From Octopus vulgaris (Eukaryota), in the NCBI GenBank assembly GCA_951406725.2, contig OX597823.1, positions 38,212,001-38,460,000 of the forward strand: a DNA stretch of 248,000 bases. Reading direction: 5' to 3'. The notes beneath the pieces were generated by a model. That model searched no databases. It was not told the origin of the DNA and saw only the letters and a program-made list of their open reading frames with translations. Below are positions 224,771 to 240,170 of this stretch, one piece after another. Made by a program: the position numbers and the translations under genes. Every line of letters starts with the position of its first letter. The first letter of the stretch is position 1.

Positions 224771-227094
224771 GCTCCAAAGCATATGAACAAAGTAATTATT
224801 ACATCAAACCTATAAAGTGCTTTTATTGTAGATGAAACTCTAGTCCACTGCATTATAAAAATTTATTATACAGAAAATGTTATATATACATTTAATGACT
224901 AATTTCTATTCCCTCTCAATTGATGTATTGAACTGAATTACTGTTAAAAAAAAAACTTTGATGGGGATACATTACATTTTATATTTGATCTGTTAAATTT
225001 ATGATATTGACTGTTATAAAATGACATTTTACACCTAATAACCTAACAAGTTTTCTTTTTAAAAATAAAGCTAATAATAGTTATTGTTAGCTGCTATGTA
225101 AAAGTAATGAAAGTGTTTTTAAATGTAGCATGGCAAAATAAAATTGTTAATAAAAATATCATGAATTTTATTTCTCCTAAATGTTTATGAATCTTTGAGA
225201 TCCGAAAGTAAATGTCTAAATTTCCATTTTTATCACCATCAACATTTTATACTGGCATTCATTTACTTCTTGGAACTTATATTGTCTTAAGTTCATTTCT
225301 ATTACAGAAATCTTTATAGATTTTATGAAGTTATTTTACATCAAGCATTTTTTTTTTATTTTACTATACCATTTGTACAGTGTTTTCTTACCTAGTTTCT
225401 ATTATTAGCAAATGTCTTATCATATCCATTTCTATACATTTGAATTAAATTTGAAACACTAATTAAAAATGATTTCATCTTAAAATTAGTGAAAAATCTT
225501 TTTTCCAATTTTTGTGGGGTGGAGTGCATGGAGTAGGAGTGGATTCGTCAAAGTATAATCAATCCCTATGTTGTTCTTGGGATGTTGTTCTTGTTACTGT
225601 ATTTTAATTGCATATTTTTTGGGCTATATAATCTCCTTTTATTTTATCTTTCAATACTTCTTTGAGGGTCTGCAAAGACTGGGAGCAGAACCACTTCTTC
225701 CAGGCTAACTCTTTAAAAATAAATAAATAAAAACCAGAAATGACTGTTCACTGTCTTGCTGCCTCTGAAGTTATAATTCTCATCTAAAGATCTTAGAAAT
225801 TACATTATTAATTTCCCCTGTATCTATAATTCAGGGATCCCTTTGATAAAATCTTGTCACAGAAGCTATTGTTGCTATAATACAATATTGTTGTTTGTAA
225901 ATCAACTTATTTCATATGTTTAATTCTCCTATATTGTAGATATAAACAAAAAATGTATACACTCTGTGAATGTCTGTTATGTTATTTGTATTGCATAAAA
226001 TTTATATTCTATCTCTCACAGGTAACAAATTAGCAGAGTTGTTAGAGCAGGGTTGTTAGAACTTTGTGGAATTTGTTCTAACTCACTGTGGTCTGAGTTC
226101 AAATCCCACCAAGGTCAACGTTGCCTCTTATTAATAAAAAAAAAATGAAACCAGGATGAGATAGACTGGTGGATCTGTGAAAATGCTTGACCAGATGACT
226201 TGTGGTTTTTGTTCCACGAGACATGTATGTGTTCTTGCAGTATTGGACTATGTGGATAGTAGGTTTACTCCATTAGTCAGTTTAACACACCACTACCTGC
226301 TACCCTTCATACCTTTAGTAGACATCTGTTTCTTTCAAGCATTTGAGTCAAGTCTCTTCCCAGCAGTCTTGGAGGCTCTGTTATAGGTCAAGGGTTCCAC
226401 CATCCTCCCTCACTATAAAATACCAACCATTATTTAGTGCTTTAACCATTTTTGTGTATTTATTTTCTTCTAATTGATTTTTCAAGAATCTTAATTTTTG
226501 TTTTTTTTTAATTTCATATTAAAATTTGCTATAACTTTAGATTTTAGGGCCAAGAAAAGAAACTTTGAAACAGCATACAGTCCTTACATAAGTTGAAAAT
226601 TTCTTACAAAATATTTTAATTTCTCTTTTGATGAGAAATTTAATATTCTTTGGGAGTTAGTTTCCTTTTCATAGATGAAATAACTATTGCTTGAAAATGA
226701 AAATGTAAGAGTTATTTTTAATTAATTCTTATATTTTAACAGTTTAAATATATTTCTCAGATGAACTGTTATTAAAATAACAAGTCAATAAAGTCAGGAG
226801 TGATAATATATATTTAGAATGAAGACATGGGTTCTGTGGTAGTGCAATGACTTAGGAAAAATCAAAGTGTTTGTTTGAAAAATCTGCTTAGAAGGATAGT
226901 ATAACTGTTAAATAATTTATAAAGCATATAAAATTGACATGATCTTGTTTCTTGTGGCCAGAAGTAGAGGTGAAATACAACTCATTGCATTATTATTTTA
227001 ATACTAACACAAAAGATTAAATTAATCATCTGATCATTTGTTACTGATCTAAAAGTAATGTAAATTATTTAAGCTGTTATGTTGTGCATGTGTG

Positions 227095-227129
<35 letters not shown>

Positions 227130-227279
227130 AACACAGTGAACTACTTGTATTTTATTTTTATTGACTTATCAAATCACTTGACATGATCACTCTGTAGTAG
227201 AAGATGATGGCTTAGCTTGTTGGTTCAAACAATCTTTCATTGTTTTATGAGTGAAATAATGACTTAGGTTTTCATCATC

Positions 227280-230200
227280 ATCATTGTTATTCAGTTGAGC
227301 TTATTCAAATTTGCCCAACTCAATCATGCCACTTAATATCATGTTCCTGTAGAACATTGGGGAGATCAGCATAGCAAGAGCTCGTGTCCAAACAGAACTG
227401 GTCAATGAATGGTTTTGTTGGATACCCAACCAATGCTTATATGTCTACAAGAATAATAAATTCCTACTGAGTTCTTCAGCAATGTCATGCAAAATGTCTT
227501 TACTTTCTACAATGATATTAGTGATTTCAAGAAGACTGTCATATACAGTCTTTGCTTGGTCAGATGATTTTTCCTGGAAATATTCAGAATAATCAATACC
227601 ATGCAAATCCAGGTAAGACAAATCATGAAGCAATTTTTTGCATCCTTTTCTGTGGATGTGATATTACTGCCTAAGATAACTGTCTACCAGATTTAACTTA
227701 TGTGAACCCAACCTGTAATGCAGGAACACATGTCAGGTTGAGGCCAAACATTTGGTGTCTCACATAAGAAAAGGTACATTGCTGGTTGTTAATTAGCTGC
227801 TTTGTACACTCATGTTTATCATTGAGACATTCAGTTTGTGGTGAATCAATGTATTAGTCTCCATTATAGATGATTCAATTTTATTTGTGGTTCTCATTCA
227901 TAAGCATTGATGCTACAAAGTTTCAAATTTCCTTCAACTGTTTCCTTTGCCTTTTTCATCTGTACTTTCTTTCGTGTAGATGTGAGTAAAACAGCTATTT
228001 GAGCAACTGATAGTTCAGTATAACTTGACCAGCTCATCAAAGTTGATGTTGTGTAATCATGATTATATTGTTTGAGATATTGTGTGTTATGCCATTGAAT
228101 CTGGTATGATTTTTCTTGGCTACCTCTGGTGTTATATTTCCAGCTTGCAGATGTATTGCTTATAATTTGTTTCAGAGCTAATTAAGACATTGGGTACAAT
228201 TGCCTTAGACACCCTAAGTGTGCTTGTTTGTTTCAGATCAATGATTTTCATATACTCCTCTTCTCAGACAACCAAAGAATGCACAGGCACATTTTATCCA
228301 GTGGCATGAGTAAAACTGTTAGCAGAGGTTCATAATTTACAGAATTAACTGACTTAGTGAAAGAAAGCACTTCTCAAATGATCATGCTAATATGAAGGTT
228401 GATAGTGGAATGATTCAGCTGAGCAGTATCCTTGTTAGAATTTTTCCAGCAGTTGGAAAAAGTGAAACTCTTCTGTAGTTATAATCTCATTTGTCTTTGT
228501 CTTCCTCCTTGAAGATGGTAATAATCGTCATATCTCTGAAATCAAAAGGTATCTCTTCTTGCATTTAGATTAGCAGAAACAGTGCATGTTTTTTTTTTTT
228601 AGTGTTTCATACTCAAGTTTATATATTTCACCCAGAACCCTGTCAGACATGGGCTTCCTGTTTTTTTAATCTCTTTTTATTTCTATGGAATATGGATGGT
228701 GTTGATTTTTTGCTGTGATGTTATGGGTGCAGAAAAGCTGTTTATCATCAGTCTTTATAGCAGACCAGAGACATTTTCCTGACTGAACAGTCACAATTAA
228801 CCAAGTTGAAAATTATTTCCGTCAATTGCTGAGAGATGCTTTTACCTTTATAAGTTTTTTAAGTCTTTAAATGTGTGGATTGTCGGCCCTACTGATATGC
228901 AAGTATCATAGAGTGTTTTAATAATACTGAAGAAATCTCCCAGAAACTTTCTGGATTTTGAGATCTCTGACCTGCCACGAGTTGAGCTTCATTGCATAAG
229001 TTTGTTTCTGGACTGAAATCTTAGCTGGTAGGTTTTCCTTTTGCAGTATTCTTATAATTTTGGTAGGTATAAAAATCACTCTCTTTTTCTCCTTGATCAG
229101 TTATTTGATTTGGATATTATTTTCATGAAAACATTTTTTCTATTTTTGCTGTGAAGTCTATGGAGATACTTATCTTCAGGGTGCCTCATGTACTTTCAAC
229201 ATTATTACAATGTTCCAAGCTGATAGACAACAGTTTATCATGTAGGTGCTTCTGAAATTGCACTACTTTTGCTGTGTGAGAAAGATTTAAGTCTTGATTT
229301 TCTGATGGCATAATTTCTGCTACTTATGTCACTCTGGAGTGAGTTAAATTGCCATGTTAGATTGTATTAGGTGGTGATCTGTCCAGAATTGTCAATGCCT
229401 GTCATGACAAATGTTAGATGCACATCCTTGTAATCATAGGTCCATGCAATGACATAGTTAATCATATGCTAAGTACTTTGATCTTGGATACTGTTAGAAA
229501 CACTTGTGTATATTTGTTGAAAAAAGTGTGTAATAACTAAGTTGTACTCCTCACATCTACTTAGAAGCAGTATATTTGATAGCTTTCCTGTGGCTTCCTT
229601 TCCACTTATGTCATTCTAGAGGTTTAAATCTTTGTTGCTGAAGTCATTCACTATGATAATTTAGATTGTATCATGATATTCTGTACAGAATACTCTGTGT
229701 TACTATAAAATTCTTCTTTATCTTCTGTGTTTGCATCAAGTGTGAAGCACATTTCTACTGGTGACTGTTGCATTTGTGTTAGAGCCACCAAGCTTTAGGC
229801 AGAGAATCAGCAGTCTTTCACTGATGCCAATAGGTTGTTCATATAACCTTCCAGTCAGATCATTGTGGATTGCACAGTCTGTTCCACATGAAGTGAACAG
229901 CTATTTGAAGAGAGAACTTAAGAAGGAACAAACAGCTGTCAACCAAGAACTGATGCCATGGCCATTTCAAAGACTTGGTTAATTATAATTAAGCAACCAA
230001 AGAAAGATCTTTGGACAACATTGCATAATGACCAATGACCAATGATGTACTACCTGGCATTGTAGAAATCTCCACCCCAAAATACAATCCATTCCATAAA
230101 AGAATAAGGCACTCAAGTCTGTCTGGATTTTGGCTGAAATATATAAACTTATGCATCATCAGCTAACCTTGTCTTAGTAAGGAGCATAGTGTCAATGTTG

Positions 230201-230400
230201 AAGCATGCCAATTCTCTTGAAATAAGTATTACCCATCATTCTGGTTGAAAGCTGTTTGGCTTCTCAATAAAGATTTAAATGTTCTTAGATCCAACTCATA
230301 TTATCTATCATTTCTTTTATCTACATAAAGATGACTCTTCTGGATGTAGAAGTCCTTTTGGACAACTAGGACAGGCTGTGCTTCAGAAATTTTTTGTAAC
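227280..230400 (-). pseudogene. Old RTE/BovB-like LINE fossil
   Basis: Minus-strand fragments align in order with the RTE EN C-terminus, RT and C-terminal region; heavily mutated. Confidence 0.55.
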
Positions 230401-231108
230401 CTCTTCCCAGTGCAAGATTAGTGGGGCAGATCACAGGAAGAAGTGTTAAGACAGTTTCAGCTGCCAAATGATAATTCTATCTTTATTTAAATGTCTGATA
230501 AACATCATTTGATTGCTACTTCCCTATTTTTTATGTTTAGGGTCTTCCACATGGTGTAATCTGTGAGCTAGTGGTTGTCATTAACAAATGACAGCTCACA
230601 GGTACACTATAGCTTCTCACTATGTTTTCTATTATATAATAGCTTCTACAGTTCTGTATACCACTACCATTGTCACCCAACTCACCTCTCTTCTTTTTGC
230701 CATCCCTCACTGTTTCAACTAGAATCCTTTGATCAATTATCTGTTTGACTGGGGCAACCCTGGGTCTAAACAACTACTTTACAATGAGTTCTGTCTGGAA
230801 AGCAAAAAGGAAACTACTTTAAGACTTGCAATAAAATAGTTCTTAAAAGTCTGAACATTGATATTTTTTATAGAAGTGGGAGACAGTAGTTGAAAACCAT
230901 ACTCTTTATTATTTTTGACTGAAGCCAAAGCTACTTAACAAATAGAGTTATATGAAAATGTAACTGCAGCAAGCTGCTTTTAAGGAGGATCACCAATACC
231001 GCCATACTTGACTTGGGAAGAAGTAGTTTCATTGCAATCATTGTCTAGACATGTTTTTGTTATTTACATCAGAATTATTGAGAGAGAGATTGAGAGAGAG
231101 AGAGAGAG

Positions 231109-231173
<65 letters not shown>

Positions 231174-233750
231174 ATCACACAGTTATTCAATTTCAAATTT
231201 TTATTTATTTATTTTTCTTGTAACGTATAATTTTCAGACCTGAAACATTTCCACAGTTGAGTAAGTAGATAAAAAATGTACAAAAACAAAGCAAGAAATA
231301 ATAGCCCTTTTTTATGATTATAGCTACATGTTGTATCAACAGGGCTGAAAAGAAATGAGGTTAAATTTCATAAACTAAAAATGTACTGTAAATATAAACC
231401 CGCCATCTGATTTTAAAATTTTTTCAAATATTTAGTTGTAATTTATAGATTATTATATATATGTGAGCATGTGTGTGTGTGTATGATTAACATCCACTTT
231501 CCAAGTTAGTATGGCTTTAACTTATATGTGGCAGGATGTTATGGTTGAATACTCTTCCTTTACATGTTTTTCAAGTAAGGGATTTTTTCCTTTATTCCAT
231601 AAGCATTGAGTGGCCAGTCATAATGTCAAGAAGGAATGTAGATATCACAGTTTCACTCAGTCAGTGACTAATAAACCATGGAATATTAACATTCATGTAT
231701 GTGCTTGCACACACACACACAACACAACACATGCCATATGACTTATTTCTTATGATTTCCCATTGACTTGGGGCATTCTTGTAGTTTCCATTAGTTGCTT
231801 TGGGGTAATATTAGATGTCATTTGATCAAAGTGCTACACAGTGCAACAGAGCCTAAAACAATGTTGTCATGAAGTGAATTTGTTAACCCCCCCCTCCCAC
231901 ACACACACACATACTGAGAGAGAGGGGGAGATTGCTAAAAATATCATCTTTATTGTCTTTAGTTTCAGTGACTTTGATTTTATGCTATTTCATTGCATGA
232001 AATCACTAAATAATGTATTTTAATGTAAAATATTTATGTAGAATATTGGTTGCCATTTACGGAAAGTAAGAAAACTGCAAAAGAATGAAACAGTAGATTT
232101 TAGAAACTTCTTACTAATTAAATCATTATTACTATTCTGTGCTGTTTCTATTTTTAAATTTGAACCATTGCAAGTGACTTTATGACCCAATCAACTAGTT
232201 TTTCATTAAATTAAAAAAGGCATGTTATTATATTTTGCATGTAAAGCTGGTACTCCATGTAAAATTGGTGGAAATAAGATATTTTTTATAAGAATATGTG
232301 ACAGGATTTAATGAAAGAGGTATCAAGAGTTGATTATTGATAATAATTGATAGAGAAGATGAAAAAAGACTGAGAAATGTTCAGTTATATGTGGTTTAAA
232401 AGATTTCAGTATTTCTTTAAAACTGAGAACAAATAGTAACCTGTCTAAAATCACGAGGTAGTGAGTTTAATTCTTGGAGCAGGCTGTGTGTTGTGTTCTT
232501 GAGCAAGACACTTTATTTTATGTTGCTCCAGTTCACTCAGCTGTAGAAATGAGTTGTGACATCACTAGTGCCAAGCTGTATTGGCCTTTGCCTTTCCCTT
232601 AGATAACATCAGTAGCATGGAAAGAGGAGACTGGTATGCATGAGCGACTGCTGGTCTTCCATAAACAACCTTACCCAGACGTGTACCTTTGTAGTAGCTT
232701 TTTAGGTGCAGTCCCATGGTCATTCATGACTGAAAGATGTCTACCCTTTATCCATGCCACCATAGAGAAATAGGCATAAAAACCATTCGTGTATTGATCT
232801 TATTTAAGAGCAATTGATTTGGGTATTGAAAAATACCAAACTCTTTGTCAGTTGGATCTCCTACTTGTGTGCTACTCTCTTTTCTGGATAAGTTAAGAGA
232901 TATAAACTTACAACTGTTTACCTATTTTTTTGTCATGACATATCAAACTTTTGATATTAATAAATATTTAGTGTCTCTGCAACATCTTTGTTAAATATTT
233001 CCCCAACCCTAATATTGTTGTTATCCTCAAATATCATTTATTTGCACAAGCCAATCAAAATTGTACATTGTAAGTTTACGGAGAAATGTGTAGATTAAAC
233101 ATATATTGTATTGTTTTATAAGTACTCACTGAAATGTGTCATTTTATTCCACATCTTCACCAATTTCTCTGACTCCACCTGAGCTAGCCACATTACTCCT
233201 ATTCTGCCAGACACCTTTTTCTGTCTCTCAGTACAACTCCCCCATTAATTGAGGCATCATGTCTTGCAAGTTACTTGGTGACGTCACTGCTATTGGTACA
233301 ACATAAAAAGCACCCAGTACACTTTTTTAAGATGTTGGCATTAGGAAGGGCATTTAGCCATAGAAATCATGCTAAAGCAAACAGCAGCGCTTGGTGCTGT
233401 CTTTTGACTTGCCAGTTCTGTCAAACTGTCCAACCCATGTCAGCATGGAATGCAAACATTAAATGATGATGATATGAAGTTGCTTGTCTTTCATTAATTG
233501 TTCAGTGTTTCCTGCTGTAGTTGAACAATTCAATAAATTCTTGTTTGGTTGAATGTCAACCCAGCAGAATCTTGGAAAATAAATTGTATAGAGTAGTTAG
233601 AATTTAACATTCTGCCCTAAGTAATGTATGAATAGTGATATTTTATACAGTTGAGTAACAAAATATAAACTCCTCAAGTCAGTGTTGTCAAGGTGTTGTT
233701 CTTAGTCAACACCACTGAAGAGCAGTGACATAGATGTTAAGCCTCTAGTT

Positions 233751-234082
233751 CAGTAGATCACAACCATTTTTTATCTATGGACTCCTTTGATTCCTATTTT
233801 ATTCTGGTGTATCTCCATAGCCATTTAATGTTTAAAAACTAGTTTTACAGATACTTCTTTCAAAATTCCTATTTTGCTGTCCACTCATTAACTTGTGTAG
233901 GTTGAACTATGTAAAATGTTTGAGAAAGAAATTTAGCTATTTATTGCAATAAATACATCTAAATCAAAATGTTTTCATGGTCTCTTAATATACTACTGTG
234001 GGTCCCCAATTTTGCCTGTGAGGACCCCCAAAAGTCTTATATGGACCCCTAGGGTCATATGGACTGTGGTTAAGAACCACTG
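233751..234082. mobile_element. hAT-type MITE
   Basis: TIR-like cagtagatcacaacc / ggttaagaaccactg with ggacccc subterminal motifs. Confidence 0.55.
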
Positions 234083-237082
234083 CTTTAGTTGGCTTTACTG
234101 GTACTAACCAGCTCATCTTTTGTGTACATACTAACTTTAGATTTGGGATTTTAAATGGATGAAAAATAACTGAGTTTGAGGTGGAAGATTAGGTTACTAA
234201 ATCAAATTACATAGAATTCCTCCTTGCTTGTTTGTGATTATGTAGATTATATTGGTGGTGACTTTACAGTTTTTTTGAGGTTTTGTGTTTGTTGTGTGTT
234301 TGATTTTATTATTTTGCATAATGAAATTTTTGTTAGTCATTTTAAAATTGTTTTCCAATATCTTATATTTGATTTATTTCGATGTCTTTAATAGCAGCCC
234401 AAAGATTATGATGTAACCTTTAATAGTAACCACCAGGTCATGATGTATCTTTTAGTGGCAACCATATCAGATCTACACTTATTTAAATAAAAGTAACTTA
234501 TCTTATCTATCAACTTCATTTGCAAATAAGGTGTTTACCTTTATTTCTTAATAAAATTCCATTTTTTTAGAATTTGACAAAATATGGGAAGTTTGCTTAG
234601 AAAATTTTTCTTTAATCCAAATTAGACTAATACCTTTATTTTTATCACTTTAATTGCAATTTTATTTTAGCATTTAATTCATTGAATAATATAAAGAAAA
234701 TTGTTTAGTATTAAACCACATTTTGTGACAATGGAATAAAAATATAGAAAATTGAAAGTAATTACTGATTGTTTTACTTCAGTTAAAAATACTAAAACTC
234801 ATTGACTTCTCACTATTTCTCTCTCTCTTTCTCTCTCTCTCTACATCCTGTAACTAATCAATAAAATTGTAATCAGTAATTTTGAACAGCAAATATGAAA
234901 TTGTAAACATCAAGGAGAAAAACAAAACAAAACAGCCATCTACAAAATTGCTGCTTTTTTCATTTCATAAATGTAATATACACATTGTCTTATAGCTTTC
235001 CAAAAAGTTTTTATCATTATATTAGCAAATAATACAATATTTGTAAAACATTTCAAGATATCCGAGTATCAGTTTCTATTACCATTAATAATTAATACAT
235101 GGATGTTTTAGCTTGAATAAATTTGATAGATCTGTTTGGAAATATTTGATTTTTTTTATCAACATATACTCACAACTGCTCTATTGTTAAAATATGTACT
235201 AATCTAGATAACAGTGACAGGTCAATTAAATTCAAAATATTATTCAGTGAAAATTATGCCATTTATGAAACTTTTCGATGTACCAGTGAATGTTTTATAA
235301 TACTATAGAAATGTAGATAAAAAATATGGCTGCTTATGTTAAAGAAATATTTTGTATATTATTTTGAAAATAACTCTTCTTTTTTGTTTTATTAATTAAA
235401 TTATTTAAATATATTATTTGTCAATTAGCATTAAATTATAAACAAATAAACTGGTCATTTTTATAAAATAAAGCAATATCATATATTAATTTTATAAATG
235501 TTTATCTTAATATTTAAAAATTAATCTTAATCATTTAGTCTCACTGAATATAAATAAGGTTTTAAGAATTTTTTTCTAAAAAAATAATCACAAATAGAAT
235601 AGCAATACTTTTGTGAGATTAGTACAGTTGATGGTTGTTACTAAACTTCTGGAGGTTAATGTCCGAGAGAAACTCATGTCCAGAGAAAGAATTTCAGAGA
235701 TTTGCCAGTCTGGGAAGGAATAATTATAAAATTGTTCAGTAGATGGTTTGAGCAATGAGACAGTATAGAGGTGGGAGTCTTGGGTGAGACTTAATGGAGT
235801 TATTTGTACACTATACTACTTTAGAGGAATTAATAAAAAAAAGAAAAACTAGATTTTAATTGAAGATAATTTCCTATTGTAATGATTATTTATGTGTTTT
235901 TCTTAAATCATAAAAGAACCACTGATAAATTACCAGTTAACTCAATATTGATATGTATGTTTACTTTCTCTTCTCACTATAAATTTAATAGTTGTTTCTT
236001 ATAAGGTGTTTGTATATTTAAAAACTAACTATAAACTTAAAGAGGGCACAGTGTGAAAGAAAAAATGCAGGTCAAATGTCTTGATAAAAAGTCTTTTATA
236101 AAATCTAGAATTTTGCTTCAGTTTCCAGTTAGGACTGCTTAATTTTGGCTTGGTAAGCTCGGAGGAGAGTATCAAAACTGTAACTTCACAAATATTTCAT
236201 ACCTCTTTAAAATGAATTATTTATTTACATTGTTGTTGTTTGTTCCTTCTTGAGCCATGCCTGGCTCATAAGGGTCAGTTTCTCGGTTTCATTGGTGTAT
236301 AGGTTCCCCAACTGGACAGGATACTGATCTATCACAGGTGAGCTGGTAGATGCAGGAGGAAAGATTCTATGGCTGGATGCCCTTCCTAACACCAAGCACT
236401 CTGAGAGTGTAATGGGTGCTCTTACGTGCTGCCAGCATGGGTGCCAGCTGTGTGACACTAGTATCTGCCATGGCTACAATTTCACGTGGCTTGATGGATC
236501 TTCCTTCTCAAGTACAGCATATTGCCAAAGGTCTCAGTCATTTGTCATTGCCTCTGTTTTTAATTTCTTTAGGTCATCAGTCCAAATTAAAAATTAATTT
236601 TTGTAGGATTTAATCAGTGTATTACCATTCATAAATCATTGACAACGACATAAAAATGCCAAATTGCAGAAATGCGATGGGTTGATATACTAAAAATCAC
236701 TATCATTGTGGTCTCTTAAGGTGGTGATTTGACAGAGTCATTAGCACACCAGACAAAATGCTTAGTGGAATTTTATCCATCCTTACATTCTGAGTTCAAA
236801 TTCTATTGAGGTCAGCTTTGCCTTTCATCTTTTCAATTTTGATAAAATAAGTACCATTTGAGCACTGGGGTTGATGTAGTCAACTTATCCCCTCCCTCAA
236901 AATTGTTGGCCTTGTGCCAAAATTTGAAACCAGTATTATTGTGGTCTGTACCTAATTCCATAAATTTTAAAGTAAATGTGCAGAATTAATAGAAAAGTCA
237001 TAATTTTAATCACGAAAGCAACTGAAGGTATCAAATTGGTCGATAATATTGTTTTAGGGAAAGTTATTAAGGATGAATATTA

Positions 237083-240000
237083 TGATTGATTGATTGATTG
237101 ATTGATTCTAGTTTCAGCTTATGAGCTGTGGCCATGCTGGGGCACCGCCATTTGGTGTTGCTACTTGGTTTCACTTCATGGAGGCTTTCTAGCAACTGCT
237201 ATTTGGTGCATGAGAGAGTTCGATGCAGCTGCCCTCATCTGCCCCTCCTGCCGTGAAGTTGGTTCATCTGGGACACCTGACAGGAAGAGATCCAGCTCCA
237301 TTTTAAAGACATTTGTATCCACCCCATGCAGGTCTCTCAGGTTCTTCGGGAGGATATTGAAGAGCTGTGGGCCTCGGAAGCCCAGGCTATCACAGAATCT
237401 TGTCCTACATCTTGATGGCAGGTTTGGAGTCCTAGGCACCACGCAGTGGCGCCCAGTTCTGGCATTTGCGTAACTCTCGATGCCAAAGTTCAGGACACTT
237501 CCCTCCAGGATCTTCCAGATGTATATTATGGCATATCTTTCCCGCCTACGCTCCAGGGAATATAATTTTAATCTCTGAGTCTTTCCCAGTAGCTTACATT
237601 CTGCATAGAGGCTATCTTCTTTGTGTAGCTTCGTTGGATCGCCTCAAGTTCTGTGATCAACTTGACACTGGATGGTGACCATAGCTGAGAGCAATAGTCA
237701 AAGTGGCTTAGGACAAGTGTCTTCCAGAGGACCATCATGGTTTCTTGTTCTCTTGTTCTAAAGGTTCTAAGAATCCATCCAGCCAGCCGTCTACATTTCA
237801 TTGTCAGTTTAGCAACATGTACATGAAAGGTCGCGTCATCACTCATGTGAATACCAAGGTCACGCACTGATTGTGCCTCTGGGATTGCAATCCCTCCGGG
237901 TCCAGTGTATTCATTGGGTATTGCATTCAGTTTTGCATGCTGATAGTATAAAGCTTGAAACTTTCCAGCATTGAACTGCATGCTATTCTTTTCAGCCCAC
238001 TTGTATATTTCGTCCAGCTCACATTGCAGGTGTTTAGTGTCCTCAGGGTTCTGTATTGCCTGTGAGACTTTTGTATCATCTGCATAACTTGTGATCGTGG
238101 CTCTCTGCGTGGCTGAGGGCATGTCTGAGAGGGCCATTATGAACAGTAGTGGTCCCAGAACAGTGCCCTGCGGAACACCGCTCACTATTTGTGTGTTAAT
238201 GGAGGTGGCCCCATTGGCTACTACCACCTGACTTCTATCCTTCAGAAAGTCATGAAGCCATTCTCCCAGTTTTCCAACTATGTTGAGATCACGCAGTTTG
238301 TGACATATCATTCCATGATCGACTTTATCAAAGGCCTTTGCAAAGTCGAGATATATCACTTCCACATTTGAGTGGTTGAGCAGCCGTTTCAGCACCCAGT
238401 CATAGTGTTGTAGGAGCTGAGTTAAACAGCTTCTCCCTGGTCGGAAACCATGTTGGGTGTCGGGCAGCAGGTCATTCTCTTCAAGGAAGGTGATCAGCTT
238501 CCTTCTGACTATTCGTTCCATGACCTTGCTGATGTGTGAGGTCAGAGAGATAGGTCTATAGTTCTTGGCTTCCGCTCTGCTACCTCCTTTATGAATGGGG
238601 CATATTTTACCTTCCTTCAGTTTTCCTGGAAGTTTGCCAGCTGCAAGGAAGCTCTGAAAGAGGAACTGCAGTGGTCTTGCTAGGACTCTCTTACATGCTT
238701 TTAGGAGGATTGCCGGGAATCCATCGGGGCCAGAAGCTGAGTCTGTTTTCATTTCATCTATAGCCTTGGTTACATCGTCTTCCTTTATATCGATGTAATC
238801 TATCGTCGCCGCCTCTGATTTTATATCTGCAGTGGTAAAAAAGTCAGTTGGATTGGTGATTTGGAGATGCCCAAGGGGTGGAGTGAAAACACTCTTGAAT
238901 TGCTCATTCAGTATTTCACTTACCCTCATTGGTTTTCCTGTAAGTGTGCCATCCTTTTCAAGGAGTGGCCCTATTCTACAGTGCACTGTAGCTGTTTCTT
239001 TGGCATACCTGTAGAAAGCTCTGGGGTTAGATTTTATGTTTTCTATAGCCCAGGCTTCTTTGTCTGCTCTTTCTTTTTCATGGGAGAGTTGCAGACATTT
239101 TTCGATTTCCAACAGTTTTATTTTTAGGCGGGACTTTTCACTACTTTCAATCTGTTTGTTTAGGCGATTTGAAAATTTCGTACACCGTCTCATTAAAATT
239201 TTCCTCTCTCTGGGGATTTTGTTGTTGTGTACAGTGGCCTTTCTCTCTGGGACACATTTGTAGCATATGGCTTGCATTACAGACATGAATTGTTGAAGTT
239301 TCACATCGATGTCTGGCGAGGAGAGACATTCAGGCCAGTTTTGTTTGAGGATCTCTTTTCAATTTGTTTCCAGTTTGCCTTATGGTAGTTCAAGCTGGAA
239401 AGATTTTGAGGGTTTCTTGTAGGCTGCATGTCCGTGCTCTCTTTTGGCCCGTACATGGTCAGCTCTATCATGTTGTGATCCGAGAGTAGTGTCGGTGTCA
239501 CTTTCACATTATGGATGAGATCCATGTCATTTGTGAAGCAGAGATCCAGTGTGTTACCTGCCCTGGTTGGTTGGAGTATTACCTGCTCCATGTACAGGGT
239601 GTTGATGAGGTTCAGGAGGGACCTCGCCTGTCCTCGTTCACATCTTGTCATTCCTGGGAGAGAAAGGCCCTCGGGCCATCTGACATTGGGCAGATTGAAG
239701 TCTCCCATAAGAAGCACACCTATGTGTTGTTCTAATGTGGTTAGAATTTCTTCTATTTTTATAAGGCAGTCTTCGAACTTGCCCACATGGCTTGGGGCAT
239801 CTGGAGGGCGATATGTAGCACACACAACTACATCAAGTTGCCTAATATGTACAATTAGTGTGTCACACACCGAGTTTGAGTATGACAAGAGGACCTGGGG
239901 TGTGAGGTCCTCACGGATGTACATAGCAACACCTCCATGACTCCTTTCTTTCCTGTCGGTCCGTAGTACAGCATACTGTGGTATGTGTAACTCCGCATCT

Positions 240001-240170
240001 GCTATGTCCGGTTTCAGGTGCGTTTCTGTAAGTGCTATGCATAAGGCTTGATTGCATGCAACAAAGTCTCTCAGGAACGGGATCTTTGTCCTGTTACTGA
240101 GTGTTTGCAGTCCTCTGATGTTCAGTAGGAGTATCGAGGTGAGGTGTACGTTGTTGCCGGCGGTGTCCAT
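237083..240170 (-). mobile_element. Second, near-identical copy of the 198-203 kb LINE: ORF2 only, with two frameshifts
   Basis: Same (TCAA)n tail. Identity ends exactly at the MDTAGNN ATG. 2-nt deletion near 239357 and 1-nt deletion near 237575 relative to copy 1. Confidence 0.95.
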
